From contig DAIQOK010000018.1 of the NCBI GenBank assembly GCA_036787895.1, positions 2,071-66,070 on the forward strand: DNA of 64,000 nt, given 5' to 3'. Within the stretch, counting starts at the first letter, position 1. Each line of letters begins with the position of its first letter. The position numbers were made by a program, and so were the translations under genes. This DNA comes from Bacteroidota bacterium. Its GTDB lineage: Bacteria; Bacteroidota; Bacteroidia; UBA7662. Positions 49,701 through 59,000 of the stretch are shown here, one piece after another. The notes under the pieces are model-generated. The model was not told the DNA's origin. It ran no database searches and saw only the letters and a program-made list of their open reading frames with translations.

Positions 49701-52700
49701 GGTACTACCTTGAATAATGGCGCTAATACCCTTAGCTTTAACGGTACTGCAAAACAGCAATTTACAGTTAATGGCAGTTTAGTCAACATCAACGCCTTAA
49801 CCATAGCCAAAGCGAATGATACACTTGAACTAGCTGGTAGTCTTTCGACTTTTGTTGTAGGTGGGGCATTCACTATGAATGCGAATGGAGTCTTAAACGA
49901 CAACGGTAAAACCCTGGAGCTACAAGCTGCTATTACCCATTCAGGTACCCATACAGGTAGTGGTAAAATTCTGTTGACCACCGCGAGCACTAGAAATATA
50001 GGCGGTAACGGACATGGTGTTTTCAGAAATCTTGAACTCAGCGGAAGTGTGGCTTCTACTTATACTACGACAACGAATTTCAGAATTACCGGTAATTTGA
50101 ATTTTGTTGGCGCTCAAAACAGAATATTTGATATAGCCGGTAATAATTTGACTTTTGACACACTGGCTACAGTCACCGGCGCCAATGCGACCGGCCCTGT
50201 TCGGATGATTCGGACCAATGGTAATCAATCGGCACAGGGCGTGACTAAAATTTACAATGCTTTGTCATTTACTTTTCCCGTAGGTACCAATACCGATTAT
50301 AGCCCGGCTACCATCAGCTTCGATATAGCACCAAGTCAGTATGGTAGTATTACATTGCGACCAGTCAATAACGAGCATCCAAACGTTACCGAAAACGGCC
50401 GCAGTCTGACCTATTACTGGCGCGTGGTAGCAACCGGATTTACATTGGGTAGTGCCAAGGTTAGCCATAGCTATTCCTATCCTCAATCGAAAGTGGTTAT
50501 TGCGACAGGCATCACTGAAAATGGCTATGTAAATGCACGTTTTAATCCAACATTGGCGAGTTGGGTTAGCGGAACTTCTGCCAGTATTGATTCGAATAAT
50601 AATATCATCAGTTATAGTGGAGCTGGATTTGAAACCACCATTGGCGGGGATTATACAGCTGGAGATAATAGTCCTGTAGACCCTTTTGGTACAGTAATTA
50701 TTTATTACAGTTATAAAACAGCTGCTCGATGGGACAGCATTGGTAGCTGGTCGACAACCGGCCATACCGGCATTCAAGCCATGCCGGCAGTGATTCCGAA
50801 TGCCAATTCGGTGGTTAGAGTAGGGAATAATCACCAGATTAATGTGATTAGTAATGGTGCAGTGAGCGGGAGTCTTTCCGTAGATTCCGGAGCAGTTATT
50901 GATGTAGGGACGACTACAGGACACAATTTTGGTGCCTTGGTAGGTGAGGGGGTAAGTGGCAAGGGGACCATCCGGATTTCGTCATCAGCTGCCACCGCGG
51001 TTTTCCCATCAGGTGACTTTAATATATTTTTTGGTACAGAGGGGGGGACAGTGGTTTATTATCGCGGTAGTGTCAATTTTACCTTACCTACCACCACTAA
51101 TCAGTACAATATGCTGGTTATCGAACTGAACAGTGGAGGAGCCAGCGATTTTATTGATTTACCTAATCTTGACCTCACCATCCTTAATGATTTTAAGGTT
51201 CAGGGCAGTGCCAGCAGCCGGGCAAGGCTAAATACCAATGCCAATGGAAATCTGACCATCAACCGGGATCTGTTGGTAACCGGTGCTGGATTACGTTTAC
51301 GCCATGCCGGAAGCATGGACCGATCGTTGACAGTATTTGGCAAGCTTGAAATAAGCAGTGGCGCTTCGATCGATAACAGCAGTGAAGCAGATCGGGTACA
51401 CAGTCTTTCGGTTTATGGCAATGTAGTTAACAACGGCACATTAAATCTCTATGCCAACGCCAGCCGACACACGCATTTATACATGCTTGGAGAGGCAAAT
51501 ACTGCCATCACAGGCGCAAATGGCAGTGCCTCTACCAGTATATATTTGTTAACTATCAATAAAGGCAGCAGCAAAACGCCGGTTATGAATTTAGATGTGG
51601 CCGGCACTGTAACTTTTAATGCCAACAACCAATGGTTAAGTTTGCAAAACGGCACTTTCCGGCTGAGCAGGAACTCTACCTTGAATTTGAGCTCTGCTGC
51701 TGCTCAATTTGCCATACCTGAAACAGCTGTTTTTTCGGTCAATAACAGCAGCGCCATTGTAAACATCGGTAACGCTGCAAGCGATACCGCCGATTTGCTG
51801 TTACGAGGTAGATTAGAATTGCTCGATGGTACTATTAATATTGGGAATGTAGCTAATACTAATAATAATGACATTGAAATTGCCAGTGCGGGTATAGCTG
51901 AATTATATGTTTCTGGAGGTACATTGAATGTGAATGGCAGTATTCGTCGGGGACTATCTAATGCAGCGGGCTCCTTATATTTTAAACAAAATGGTGGTGT
52001 AATCAATATCCGGGGACAGGCTGCCTATGGACAAAGAGGAAAACTCGAAGTAATCAATAGCGGAAGTTATTTCGAAATGACCGGCAGTTCGCAAATCAAT
52101 ATTTTACGCGGTGGTTCGGCGTCAAATGCCGATTTCTACGTTCGACCGGATAACGGCTTGGTCACCGGCGGCACGCTAAGCTTTGCCCCGCTTTCTGCGA
52201 TTTCTACCCAGAATTATACGCTCGATGCTTCAGTTCCAATATATAACCTGGCCATTACCGGTTTTAATGGATCGAATCTGGCGAATGTAACCTTGCTGGT
52301 TAACAATTTTACAGTGCTGAATAATATGACCATCAGTGCGAATTCTGCCTTCATTTGCAACGATTTGAATATTAACGTAGGAGCACTGTTTACCCGAGTT
52401 GGTACTTTCACGCCCGGAAATAATACCGTCAGCTTTACTTCGGTAAACGGGGCAACTTCCGGCACATTTACCGGCTCAAATGCCTTTTACAACCTTAAAG
52501 TAAATGCAGCAGCAAGCCTTGATTTGGGGGCCAATGTACTGGTGAATAACAATCTTACGATTGAAACAGGTGCTACACTTGTAAATGGTGATAACCAACT
52601 GGACCTAATTCGTGACCTGACAAACCAAGGAATCCACACCAGTCCGTCGAACAGTGGCACTAATGGTTTACGTTTGATTGGAACCAGTCAACAGCTGATT

Positions 52701-55700
52701 TCCGGTAATGGGACCTTCGGAAATGTAATTGTTAACAATAGTGGTAATATTGAAATCTTAGGTAATATCACCATCAATAATCAGCTAACAATGACAGCGG
52801 GTTTGGTCGATTTGGGCGACCGTATGCTTACCTTGGGGGTCAATGCGACCATTGTTTCGGCCAGTTACAGTACCAGCAGGATGATCCGGACCAATGGTGT
52901 ACTTAGTGATGGAGGTATTAAAAAGTTGTATCCGGCCGGCACACTCGACTTCTTGTTTCCGTTTGGCATCTTGAACAAATACACGCCTGCCAGGGTGAAT
53001 GTAACTGCCAATGGTGCAGTAGGTGAAGTAGTGGCTAAACCGGTAAGCTCCAAACATCCTTCGACCCGAGTTGCGGCCGAAACCCAGTTGAATTATTTTT
53101 GGGAAATTCTAACCACTGGTTTTTCAGGATTAAGCGCAACACTAACTTTCAATTATACCGATGCTGAAGTTACCACCAATGAGTCGAGCTGGCGGGGCGG
53201 ACGTTTTGCATTTCCCAACTGGACACCGATTGGTGGAAGTCCGGGCGTAGTTAATGCGGGTACCAATACCCTCACATTTAGCATTACCGGCACAATCAAT
53301 GGTGGCTATACAGCAGGTTTGGAAGCTGAATTCGCAGCGGTACCTACCCTGTATTCCCGCTCGGCGGTGTGTAGTACGGGTTGTGATTGGAATAACCTGA
53401 ATTCATGGTCGGAAGATGGTCATGATGGTTTAGCGACCAATACCCTTCCCAATGGTCAGCCCATGGTCATTGCTGGAACCGATTCAGTGTATTTTGTCGG
53501 AAATAACTTCGTGGCTGAATCGGTACGGCTTGATTCGGGGTCGATTTTGAATATGCAAGCCACTTTTGGTCATAATTTAGGCGTAGTTAATGGCAAAGGC
53601 AAAATTAAAATCAGTGCTACAGCCAGTAATCTTTTTGTTTTCCCGGGCGGAAATTATACCGCCTTTGCGTCCGATACCGGCGGAACGGTAGAGTTTTTCG
53701 GGAACACTGATGGTACGCTTCCAGCTACTCAGGCCAGTTTTTATAAGTTACTGTTTACCGGAAGCAGCCATCGTACACAAGCCAATATCGATATTTTTGT
53801 CAATGGAGAATGGCGTATGCTTGCAGGAGTTATTGATAATACGCTGAATAATAAAAATATCTCCATCCGGGGTGACTGGATCAATAATGCTTCAACCGGT
53901 GCCTATGTGCCAGGTTCCGGTAAGGTAATGCTAACCAGTAGTCAACCTCAGTCCATCACCGGGAATTTTAGCACTACTTTTGGCAAACTCGAAACCAATG
54001 GCAGCGGCGCAAAAAACTTGGGTCAGCATATTGTAATCAACCAGGAATTGTTGCTGGTAAATGGTCGGTTATATCCGGGCAATTATAACATCGAAATGGA
54101 ATTTGCCGCCACCTCCGGAGGCTCACCGGGGGCGGCTGCCATGGTAGTCCAAAATGGGACTGGCCGGGTACGCAAAAAAATGAATGTAACGGGCAATTTT
54201 ACCTTTCCCATAGGTGAGGAGACGGGTGTAGCTGAATATAGCCCGACAACTGTACATTTCACCACTGGTGCTTTTGCCGGTGGTGCCTATGTGGAAGCTC
54301 AGGTATTTGATAATGTGAGTCCACTTTGTTCAGGAACCAGTAATTACATCAGCCGGTATTGGCAATATAATCATACAGGTATAACCTCATTTACAGTTAC
54401 TGCAAGTGCGCAGTACCTTGCTGCAGATGTGGTGGGGACTGAAGCAGCTATTGTGACTAAAATGAGTCGACCTTCCTTACCCTGTATCGATGGAAACTTG
54501 GTGAATGTCGGGACTAAAACTTTGTCGATTAACTCAGACCTGCTCAATCAACTTTCAGGAGGGGAACCCGCACTTCCGGAACCCACTATTCAAGCCAGTT
54601 TGATGGTCTTCAGTCTGGTAACCGACAGCTCGATGCGGGTTACTGTGAAAAGAGGAAATGGAAGCTCTCGTTTGGTTTTGGCCAAGGCAGGTTCGGCAGT
54701 AGATGCAACACCAATCGATTTTACCTCCTATGCAGCCGACAGTATTTTCGGTGATGGGGCAGAAATTGGCACAGCAAATTATGTGCTTTACGCCGGTACC
54801 GACAGCATTTTTCCAATTTTTGGTCTGAACCAGGAAACAGTTTATCATTTCGCTGTTTTTGAATACAATGGTTCAGGTGCCGAAGCCAATTATTTATTAG
54901 GCACGCCTGCCATCGGCAACCAAACCACCTGGGCAGTTGAGCCCACAGTGCAGGCATCGGCACTTCAATTTACGGTGGTTGGCACTACCACGCTTAATCT
55001 GAAATGGACGACAGGGAACGGTGCCCGACGTTTGGTGTTGGGCAAAGCCAATGCAGCAGTAGATGTAGTTCCTGTAGATGGGGTTGCTTATACTGCCAAT
55101 GCCAGTTTTGGTACTGGTTCGGAGCTAGGCACGGGCAACTTTGTTGTCTTTAGCAGCACCATCGATTCGGTGGTGGTTACCGGCTTGACTATGAATACCA
55201 CCTACCATTTTAAGGTTTTTGAGTTCAACGGTACCGGTGGCGTTCAGAATTATCTCACAACTGCAGCCCCTGCTGCCGATACTTTTACCTCATTGTTGGC
55301 TGCCCTCGAACTCTGGCTTGAAGGCGGCTGGAATGGTGCCGACATGGACGCCAATCTGGTAGATAGTTTGCCTTTAACCCAGCCATACAACCAGGCTCCC
55401 TGGAATTATGCCGGCACCGAATCGGTGGGCAGCATTCCCAATGCCGATGTGGTTGATTGGGTATTGGTTGAACTTCGTGCTGCTGGAACAGCGGCTTCGG
55501 CAACTTCAGCTACTATAAAAACAAGAAGAGCGGCTTTCGTTTTGAAAAACGGGCAGTTAGTTGATTTAGATGGCAGTTCACCGTTATTGCTTCGTCCGAG
55601 CGAAGTAGGGAACTTCTATGCTGTAATTTATCATCGAACCCACATCCCTGCCATGAGTGCAGCACACTTGGTATTTAGCAGCGGGGCATATAGGCATAAC

Positions 55701-55955
55701 TTTAAAACGGCGGCGAGTCAGGCCTATGGCACCCAGGCGTTGGTGGCCTTGGGCGGCGGACAGTTTGGTTTGTATGCCGGCCGTGTAGAGAATAGCACGC
55801 CCTTTACCATCGACAGTCCCGACCGCACCACGGCCTGGGACGACCGCAACAAATTGGGTTATCAGCCTGCCGATGCCACTTTAAAGGGTGCCATTGATGC
55901 CAGCGACCGTTCGGTAATCTGGAACAACCGGGGTAAAGTATCGCAAGTGCCTTAA
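46734..55955 (+). CDS. Giant secreted repeat protein (3073 aa), family not recognised
   Basis: A single uninterrupted ORF with a TTG start. Signal peptide is MVKRLFFALIFGLFVFLQTQAQG. Architecture: two tandem ~200-aa N-terminal modules, two ~885-aa and one ~405-aa Asn/Gly/Thr-rich supermodules, two FN3-like modules, and a ~225-aa C-terminal domain. Confidence 0.9.
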   Translation: MVKRLFFALIFGLFVFLQTQAQGVISLVNTTSYTSGGSNVTSFSLDIPAAVSQGDVLIAQIALRSTGTVNTPTGWTQISSVSATIRQAIFYRVVDGTEGASQLFDGWASTRAAGIMLAYRNVDIGDPVPVFSTANGNSGTLTVNALSAPTTNMRLVVFYSTQGGTITPNASLTSRNSAATTGNIMNINASDEEITATGSTGTKNGTASSARFITHMIALRPIPTQGIIEYIGSTNASATAFTVSLSPPSGTQQGDLMVVGVNRLNTNSISNISANGWTLLRQESNTDVRTAVFWKFAGASEGASTFGNNSASVRMTGVMLVYRNVNKKSPIVVDNGTASNSATTTVGSISPDVKETRLLAFFTGRRAADFDFLNYNGMTVRDSIKFTGSGNRLGILALDEFLSPSGATGTRVNTITSASTPYTAGITLSLRPEKTYFSYQNGLWSNPLSWTKDPSGTTLVPLIGEVPTPYDSVVILNGKTISLSANVATTNIGIRINNGGVLDLLTHELPTLTGLTGVGRLRSSRTTGGVTYMPTVLYSNNTLASASGGTLEYYCASNMTLNTGVSAYFNLILRRESAGTTVYTLASNVTVTNDLTINRASSGVSNLTFGNDGSARTLTVGRNLAVEAGCQIRPQNTAGLVTHNLSIGGDFVNNGSARFTNQTARDYEAAANNRVIQVTFTGSTDNKLDCFGETDFYRLIIDKGIDQTYVLTVNSTDTANFRLFAPINQANTGAADDPNPVVNKSLYLKNGTLRLKSNINLPYLTTGGNDFFIPQNAGLWVDGATVYSAFSGTSNRGFTVIGKLRLSAGELNSGQSAGFVYRIDGVIQIEGGTARVTQFRRSTAGTGFRAAYIQSGGLLIVSADEETNTGFASFSLPDVDCSFTMSGGEIRIGRAVSALAERGFHLGISPLNGNVTGGLIHIETTNATEFHISSTIPLFNLQISRQSSTANVVLDLPLQVKNNLTLSSSGNLNANGNNLTIGGNLTINTGTTLNNGANTLSFNGTAKQQFTVNGSLVNINALTIAKANDTLELAGSLSTFVVGGAFTMNANGVLNDNGKTLELQAAITHSGTHTGSGKILLTTASTRNIGGNGHGVFRNLELSGSVASTYTTTTNFRITGNLNFVGAQNRIFDIAGNNLTFDTLATVTGANATGPVRMIRTNGNQSAQGVTKIYNALSFTFPVGTNTDYSPATISFDIAPSQYGSITLRPVNNEHPNVTENGRSLTYYWRVVATGFTLGSAKVSHSYSYPQSKVVIATGITENGYVNARFNPTLASWVSGTSASIDSNNNIISYSGAGFETTIGGDYTAGDNSPVDPFGTVIIYYSYKTAARWDSIGSWSTTGHTGIQAMPAVIPNANSVVRVGNNHQINVISNGAVSGSLSVDSGAVIDVGTTTGHNFGALVGEGVSGKGTIRISSSAATAVFPSGDFNIFFGTEGGTVVYYRGSVNFTLPTTTNQYNMLVIELNSGGASDFIDLPNLDLTILNDFKVQGSASSRARLNTNANGNLTINRDLLVTGAGLRLRHAGSMDRSLTVFGKLEISSGASIDNSSEADRVHSLSVYGNVVNNGTLNLYANASRHTHLYMLGEANTAITGANGSASTSIYLLTINKGSSKTPVMNLDVAGTVTFNANNQWLSLQNGTFRLSRNSTLNLSSAAAQFAIPETAVFSVNNSSAIVNIGNAASDTADLLLRGRLELLDGTINIGNVANTNNNDIEIASAGIAELYVSGGTLNVNGSIRRGLSNAAGSLYFKQNGGVINIRGQAAYGQRGKLEVINSGSYFEMTGSSQINILRGGSASNADFYVRPDNGLVTGGTLSFAPLSAISTQNYTLDASVPIYNLAITGFNGSNLANVTLLVNNFTVLNNMTISANSAFICNDLNINVGALFTRVGTFTPGNNTVSFTSVNGATSGTFTGSNAFYNLKVNAAASLDLGANVLVNNNLTIETGATLVNGDNQLDLIRDLTNQGIHTSPSNSGTNGLRLIGTSQQLISGNGTFGNVIVNNSGNIEILGNITINNQLTMTAGLVDLGDRMLTLGVNATIVSASYSTSRMIRTNGVLSDGGIKKLYPAGTLDFLFPFGILNKYTPARVNVTANGAVGEVVAKPVSSKHPSTRVAAETQLNYFWEILTTGFSGLSATLTFNYTDAEVTTNESSWRGGRFAFPNWTPIGGSPGVVNAGTNTLTFSITGTINGGYTAGLEAEFAAVPTLYSRSAVCSTGCDWNNLNSWSEDGHDGLATNTLPNGQPMVIAGTDSVYFVGNNFVAESVRLDSGSILNMQATFGHNLGVVNGKGKIKISATASNLFVFPGGNYTAFASDTGGTVEFFGNTDGTLPATQASFYKLLFTGSSHRTQANIDIFVNGEWRMLAGVIDNTLNNKNISIRGDWINNASTGAYVPGSGKVMLTSSQPQSITGNFSTTFGKLETNGSGAKNLGQHIVINQELLLVNGRLYPGNYNIEMEFAATSGGSPGAAAMVVQNGTGRVRKKMNVTGNFTFPIGEETGVAEYSPTTVHFTTGAFAGGAYVEAQVFDNVSPLCSGTSNYISRYWQYNHTGITSFTVTASAQYLAADVVGTEAAIVTKMSRPSLPCIDGNLVNVGTKTLSINSDLLNQLSGGEPALPEPTIQASLMVFSLVTDSSMRVTVKRGNGSSRLVLAKAGSAVDATPIDFTSYAADSIFGDGAEIGTANYVLYAGTDSIFPIFGLNQETVYHFAVFEYNGSGAEANYLLGTPAIGNQTTWAVEPTVQASALQFTVVGTTTLNLKWTTGNGARRLVLGKANAAVDVVPVDGVAYTANASFGTGSELGTGNFVVFSSTIDSVVVTGLTMNTTYHFKVFEFNGTGGVQNYLTTAAPAADTFTSLLAALELWLEGGWNGADMDANLVDSLPLTQPYNQAPWNYAGTESVGSIPNADVVDWVLVELRAAGTAASATSATIKTRRAAFVLKNGQLVDLDGSSPLLLRPSEVGNFYAVIYHRTHIPAMSAAHLVFSSGAYRHNFKTAASQAYGTQALVALGGGQFGLYAGRVENSTPFTIDSPDRTTAWDDRNKLGYQPADATLKGAIDASDRSVIWNNRGKVSQVP
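54915..55277 (+). repeat. 363-bp segment identical to 63638..64000
   Basis: Base-by-base reading shows no mismatch between the two tracts. Sequence immediately 5' of both copies is clearly diverged. Confidence 0.9.
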
Positions 55956-56077
55956 TTTTCCAAAATTCAGTTATCGTCTTATTATTGGATTATTTTCCAA
56001 AAATTAGATTAATTACATTTGTTAGAATGTCTTAAATGCAGCAATTTTACACGGCAAAATTATTGCACGTTTGAAGT

Positions 56078-59000
56078 ATGCGTCGATGTAAGCTCAAGGC
56101 TATCCCTTTATTTTTGTTTTTATTGCCTTGCTCTCTTTTCGGTCAGGGTATCAGTTTTGTAGGTTCGTCAACAGGATTTTCGGCTGTCAGTGTCGCGAAT
56201 TTTAATGTAAATGTTCCTGCCAATGTTCAGTTAAATGATTTTCTAATTGCTACCGTTAGTTGGCGTACAACTGCTGGTACCATAGCCACCCCGGCCGGCT
56301 GGACTTCTGCCTATCAAGTAGATAATAATTCTATTTCGACAGCAGTATTTTATCGATTTGCAAGTGCCAATGAACCGGTATCTTATAATTTTTCCAAGGA
56401 CAATACAACCGCGACAACTGCAGGTATTATTTCAGCTTATCGCGGCGTAAGTTTGAAATCGCCACTTATCAATAATTCCGGGGGAACGGGCAACAATGCA
56501 TCAGTCACTGCTCCAACCCGTACCACAGATGTAGATGAAGCCTGGTTAGTAGCATTTTTTTCGATCAAGGAAGATGTTTCCATTAGCCTGGCCACACCTG
56601 GCGGTATGAACAGGCGCTCGTTTGTACAGGCCACCGCGGCAGCTAATGATATTGCGGTATTGTTAACCGATGAAATTATTCCGGTAGCGGGAGCAACGGG
56701 TACCCGGGTAAGCACGGCAGCCTTGAGTGATCGTTGGGTGGCCTATTCTATAGCTTTAAGGCCTGCTAAAATTTTTTATAGTTACCAGTCCGGCCCCTGG
56801 AGTACGGCCAATTCCTGGACCAAAGATCCTTCAGGTACAACACTCCTGGATCCTGCGGTTCCGACCATCAACGATAGTGTTGTTGTATTGAATGGTCGTG
56901 TAATTACCTTGAGTGCCAGCGTAACCACTGCCAATATCGGTATAACCATTCAGGCCGGGGCGGTATTAGATTTGGTTGGCTTCGATTTGCCGGCCTTGAG
57001 CAGTTTGAACGGTCAAGGTGAGTTAAAAATCAGTAGAAATACTTCACCGGCTTATTTTCCGACTTCTGGTGCCAATGCTTTTAATCAGGCAGGTGGCGGT
57101 ACAGTAAGCTATTATTATACTGGGGGAACTATCGATCTGAATACAGGAATTACAGAGTTTAATAATCTCCGGCTTATTCGGGAAACAAGCGGTTCACAAT
57201 TGTACCGATTGAATCACAATCTGACTTTACATGGGAATTTGATTTTGAGTCGCTCCGGAACAGCGGCTACCGAATTCAGGTTAGGGACTTCTGTTACTGC
57301 AAGGGAATTGGTGATCGGCGGGAATGTCGAAATTGCGCCTAATTGTTCACTTACGGTTCATACTGCCGGAAATCATTCGATAAGTGTAGCCGGGAATTTT
57401 GTTAATAACGGCCAGGTCAGACTAACAAACCAGAGTTCACCTGATTATCTCACCACCTATACCGGTGGATTAGCTACTTTAACCTTTACAGGTGCTTCTA
57501 ACGCCAGCTTTGATTGCAACGGCATTACCGACATTTACCGTTTGGTGCTCAATAAAGGCATTGACCAGACTTTTATGCTCACTGTCAATACCAATAACAG
57601 CGCAAATTTCAGGTTGATGGGCGAAAACGATCAGGGCAATACCCCGGCACAAACCACGACCGACCCGAATCCATTGGTGAATAAGGCACTTTCTTTGCGC
57701 AATGGCACCATTCGGTTCACGAGTAACATCAGTATCCCTAGTCTAACTGAAGGAGGTGATGATTTTTGGATTCCCCTAAATACTTGTCTTTGGGTTGATG
57801 GTGCTGATGTAGCAACAACAACCGTGGCCAATGGAACAGGCTATCAGGCAATCACAATCTCCGGTCGACTTCGTATTAGTTCTGGAACATTTACCACGGC
57901 CAATGCTGCTGGGTTGATCTACATTGGTGATGGTATTATTGACATTGAAGGCGGAACAACTACAGTTTGTCAGATGTGGAATATTGGCACCGGTCGGACG
58001 ACTTTTCGTCAAACAGGTGGATTATGTATTCTCAATGCCATTGGTGAACCCAATGACGGACAGCCGGTTTTTAAATTAGAAAGTGTTGATGCCTCTTTTC
58101 AAATGAGTGGAGGCACTTTGAGAATAGCTAATCCCAGAACAGCCACTTATGGCGGGCTGGATATTAATGTATCTCCCTTGAATGCCAATGTTACAGGAGG
58201 TACAGTAGAGTTCATCACCACTGGCACCAATAATTTTGAGTTTCGTTCAACCGCTCCTTTTTACAATCTAATCATGACGCGAAGTGGAGGCAGTGGCGTA
58301 ATCCAACACCGGGTGAATCCACTGGTTATTTTGAACGACCTATCGATTACATCAAACCAAACCTATCAAGCCAATAATTTTAATTTAACTGTTGGTCGGA
58401 ACTTTACCATTGAGTCAGGTTCAACCTATACACCAGGCAGCAGCACACTTACGTTTAATGGTAGCGGTTTCCAGACCTTTAGTAATAGTGGTACAATAAG
58501 CGGTGGACTAAATCTGCTAACCATTTCTAAAACCGATACCCTGGTTTTGGCCGGTTCTGCAGCCACTTTTCAGGTGAATAATACCTTTAACCTGAATCAA
58601 GGTGTAATTAACGACGGGGGAAAAACGCTTGAATTGCGGTCAAATATCATATTGAATGGAACACATACCGGTTCAGGTAATATACTGATGAATACAGCCA
58701 GCTCACGAACCATTAATGGAAATGGGAATGGTCAGCTGGCTAATGTTAATCTGAGTGGTCCGGCAAACAATACGACCTACACCTTAAATGCAGCACTTAA
58801 GGTAACAGGTGTCTTAAACTTTGTCGCCAGTGGCAGTAATCAGCGCATACTCGACCTGCAGCAACATAATTTGTTGCTGGATACGAATGCTAGCATCAGC
58901 AACAATAATTCCGTTCGTTTTATTCGTACCAATGGTTTTCAATCGGCTGGTGGGTTGACCAAGGTCTACAATAGCAACACTTTTGTTTTCCCGGTAGGAA

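Noticed and set aside
50265-50924. 219-aa minus-strand ORF, and many similar ones (for example 49523..49990, 60905..61423, 61246..61647), inside the giant genes
   Set aside because: All are antisense to long uninterrupted plus-strand frames. The biased Asn/Gly/Thr codon content of the sense strand suppresses antisense stops.
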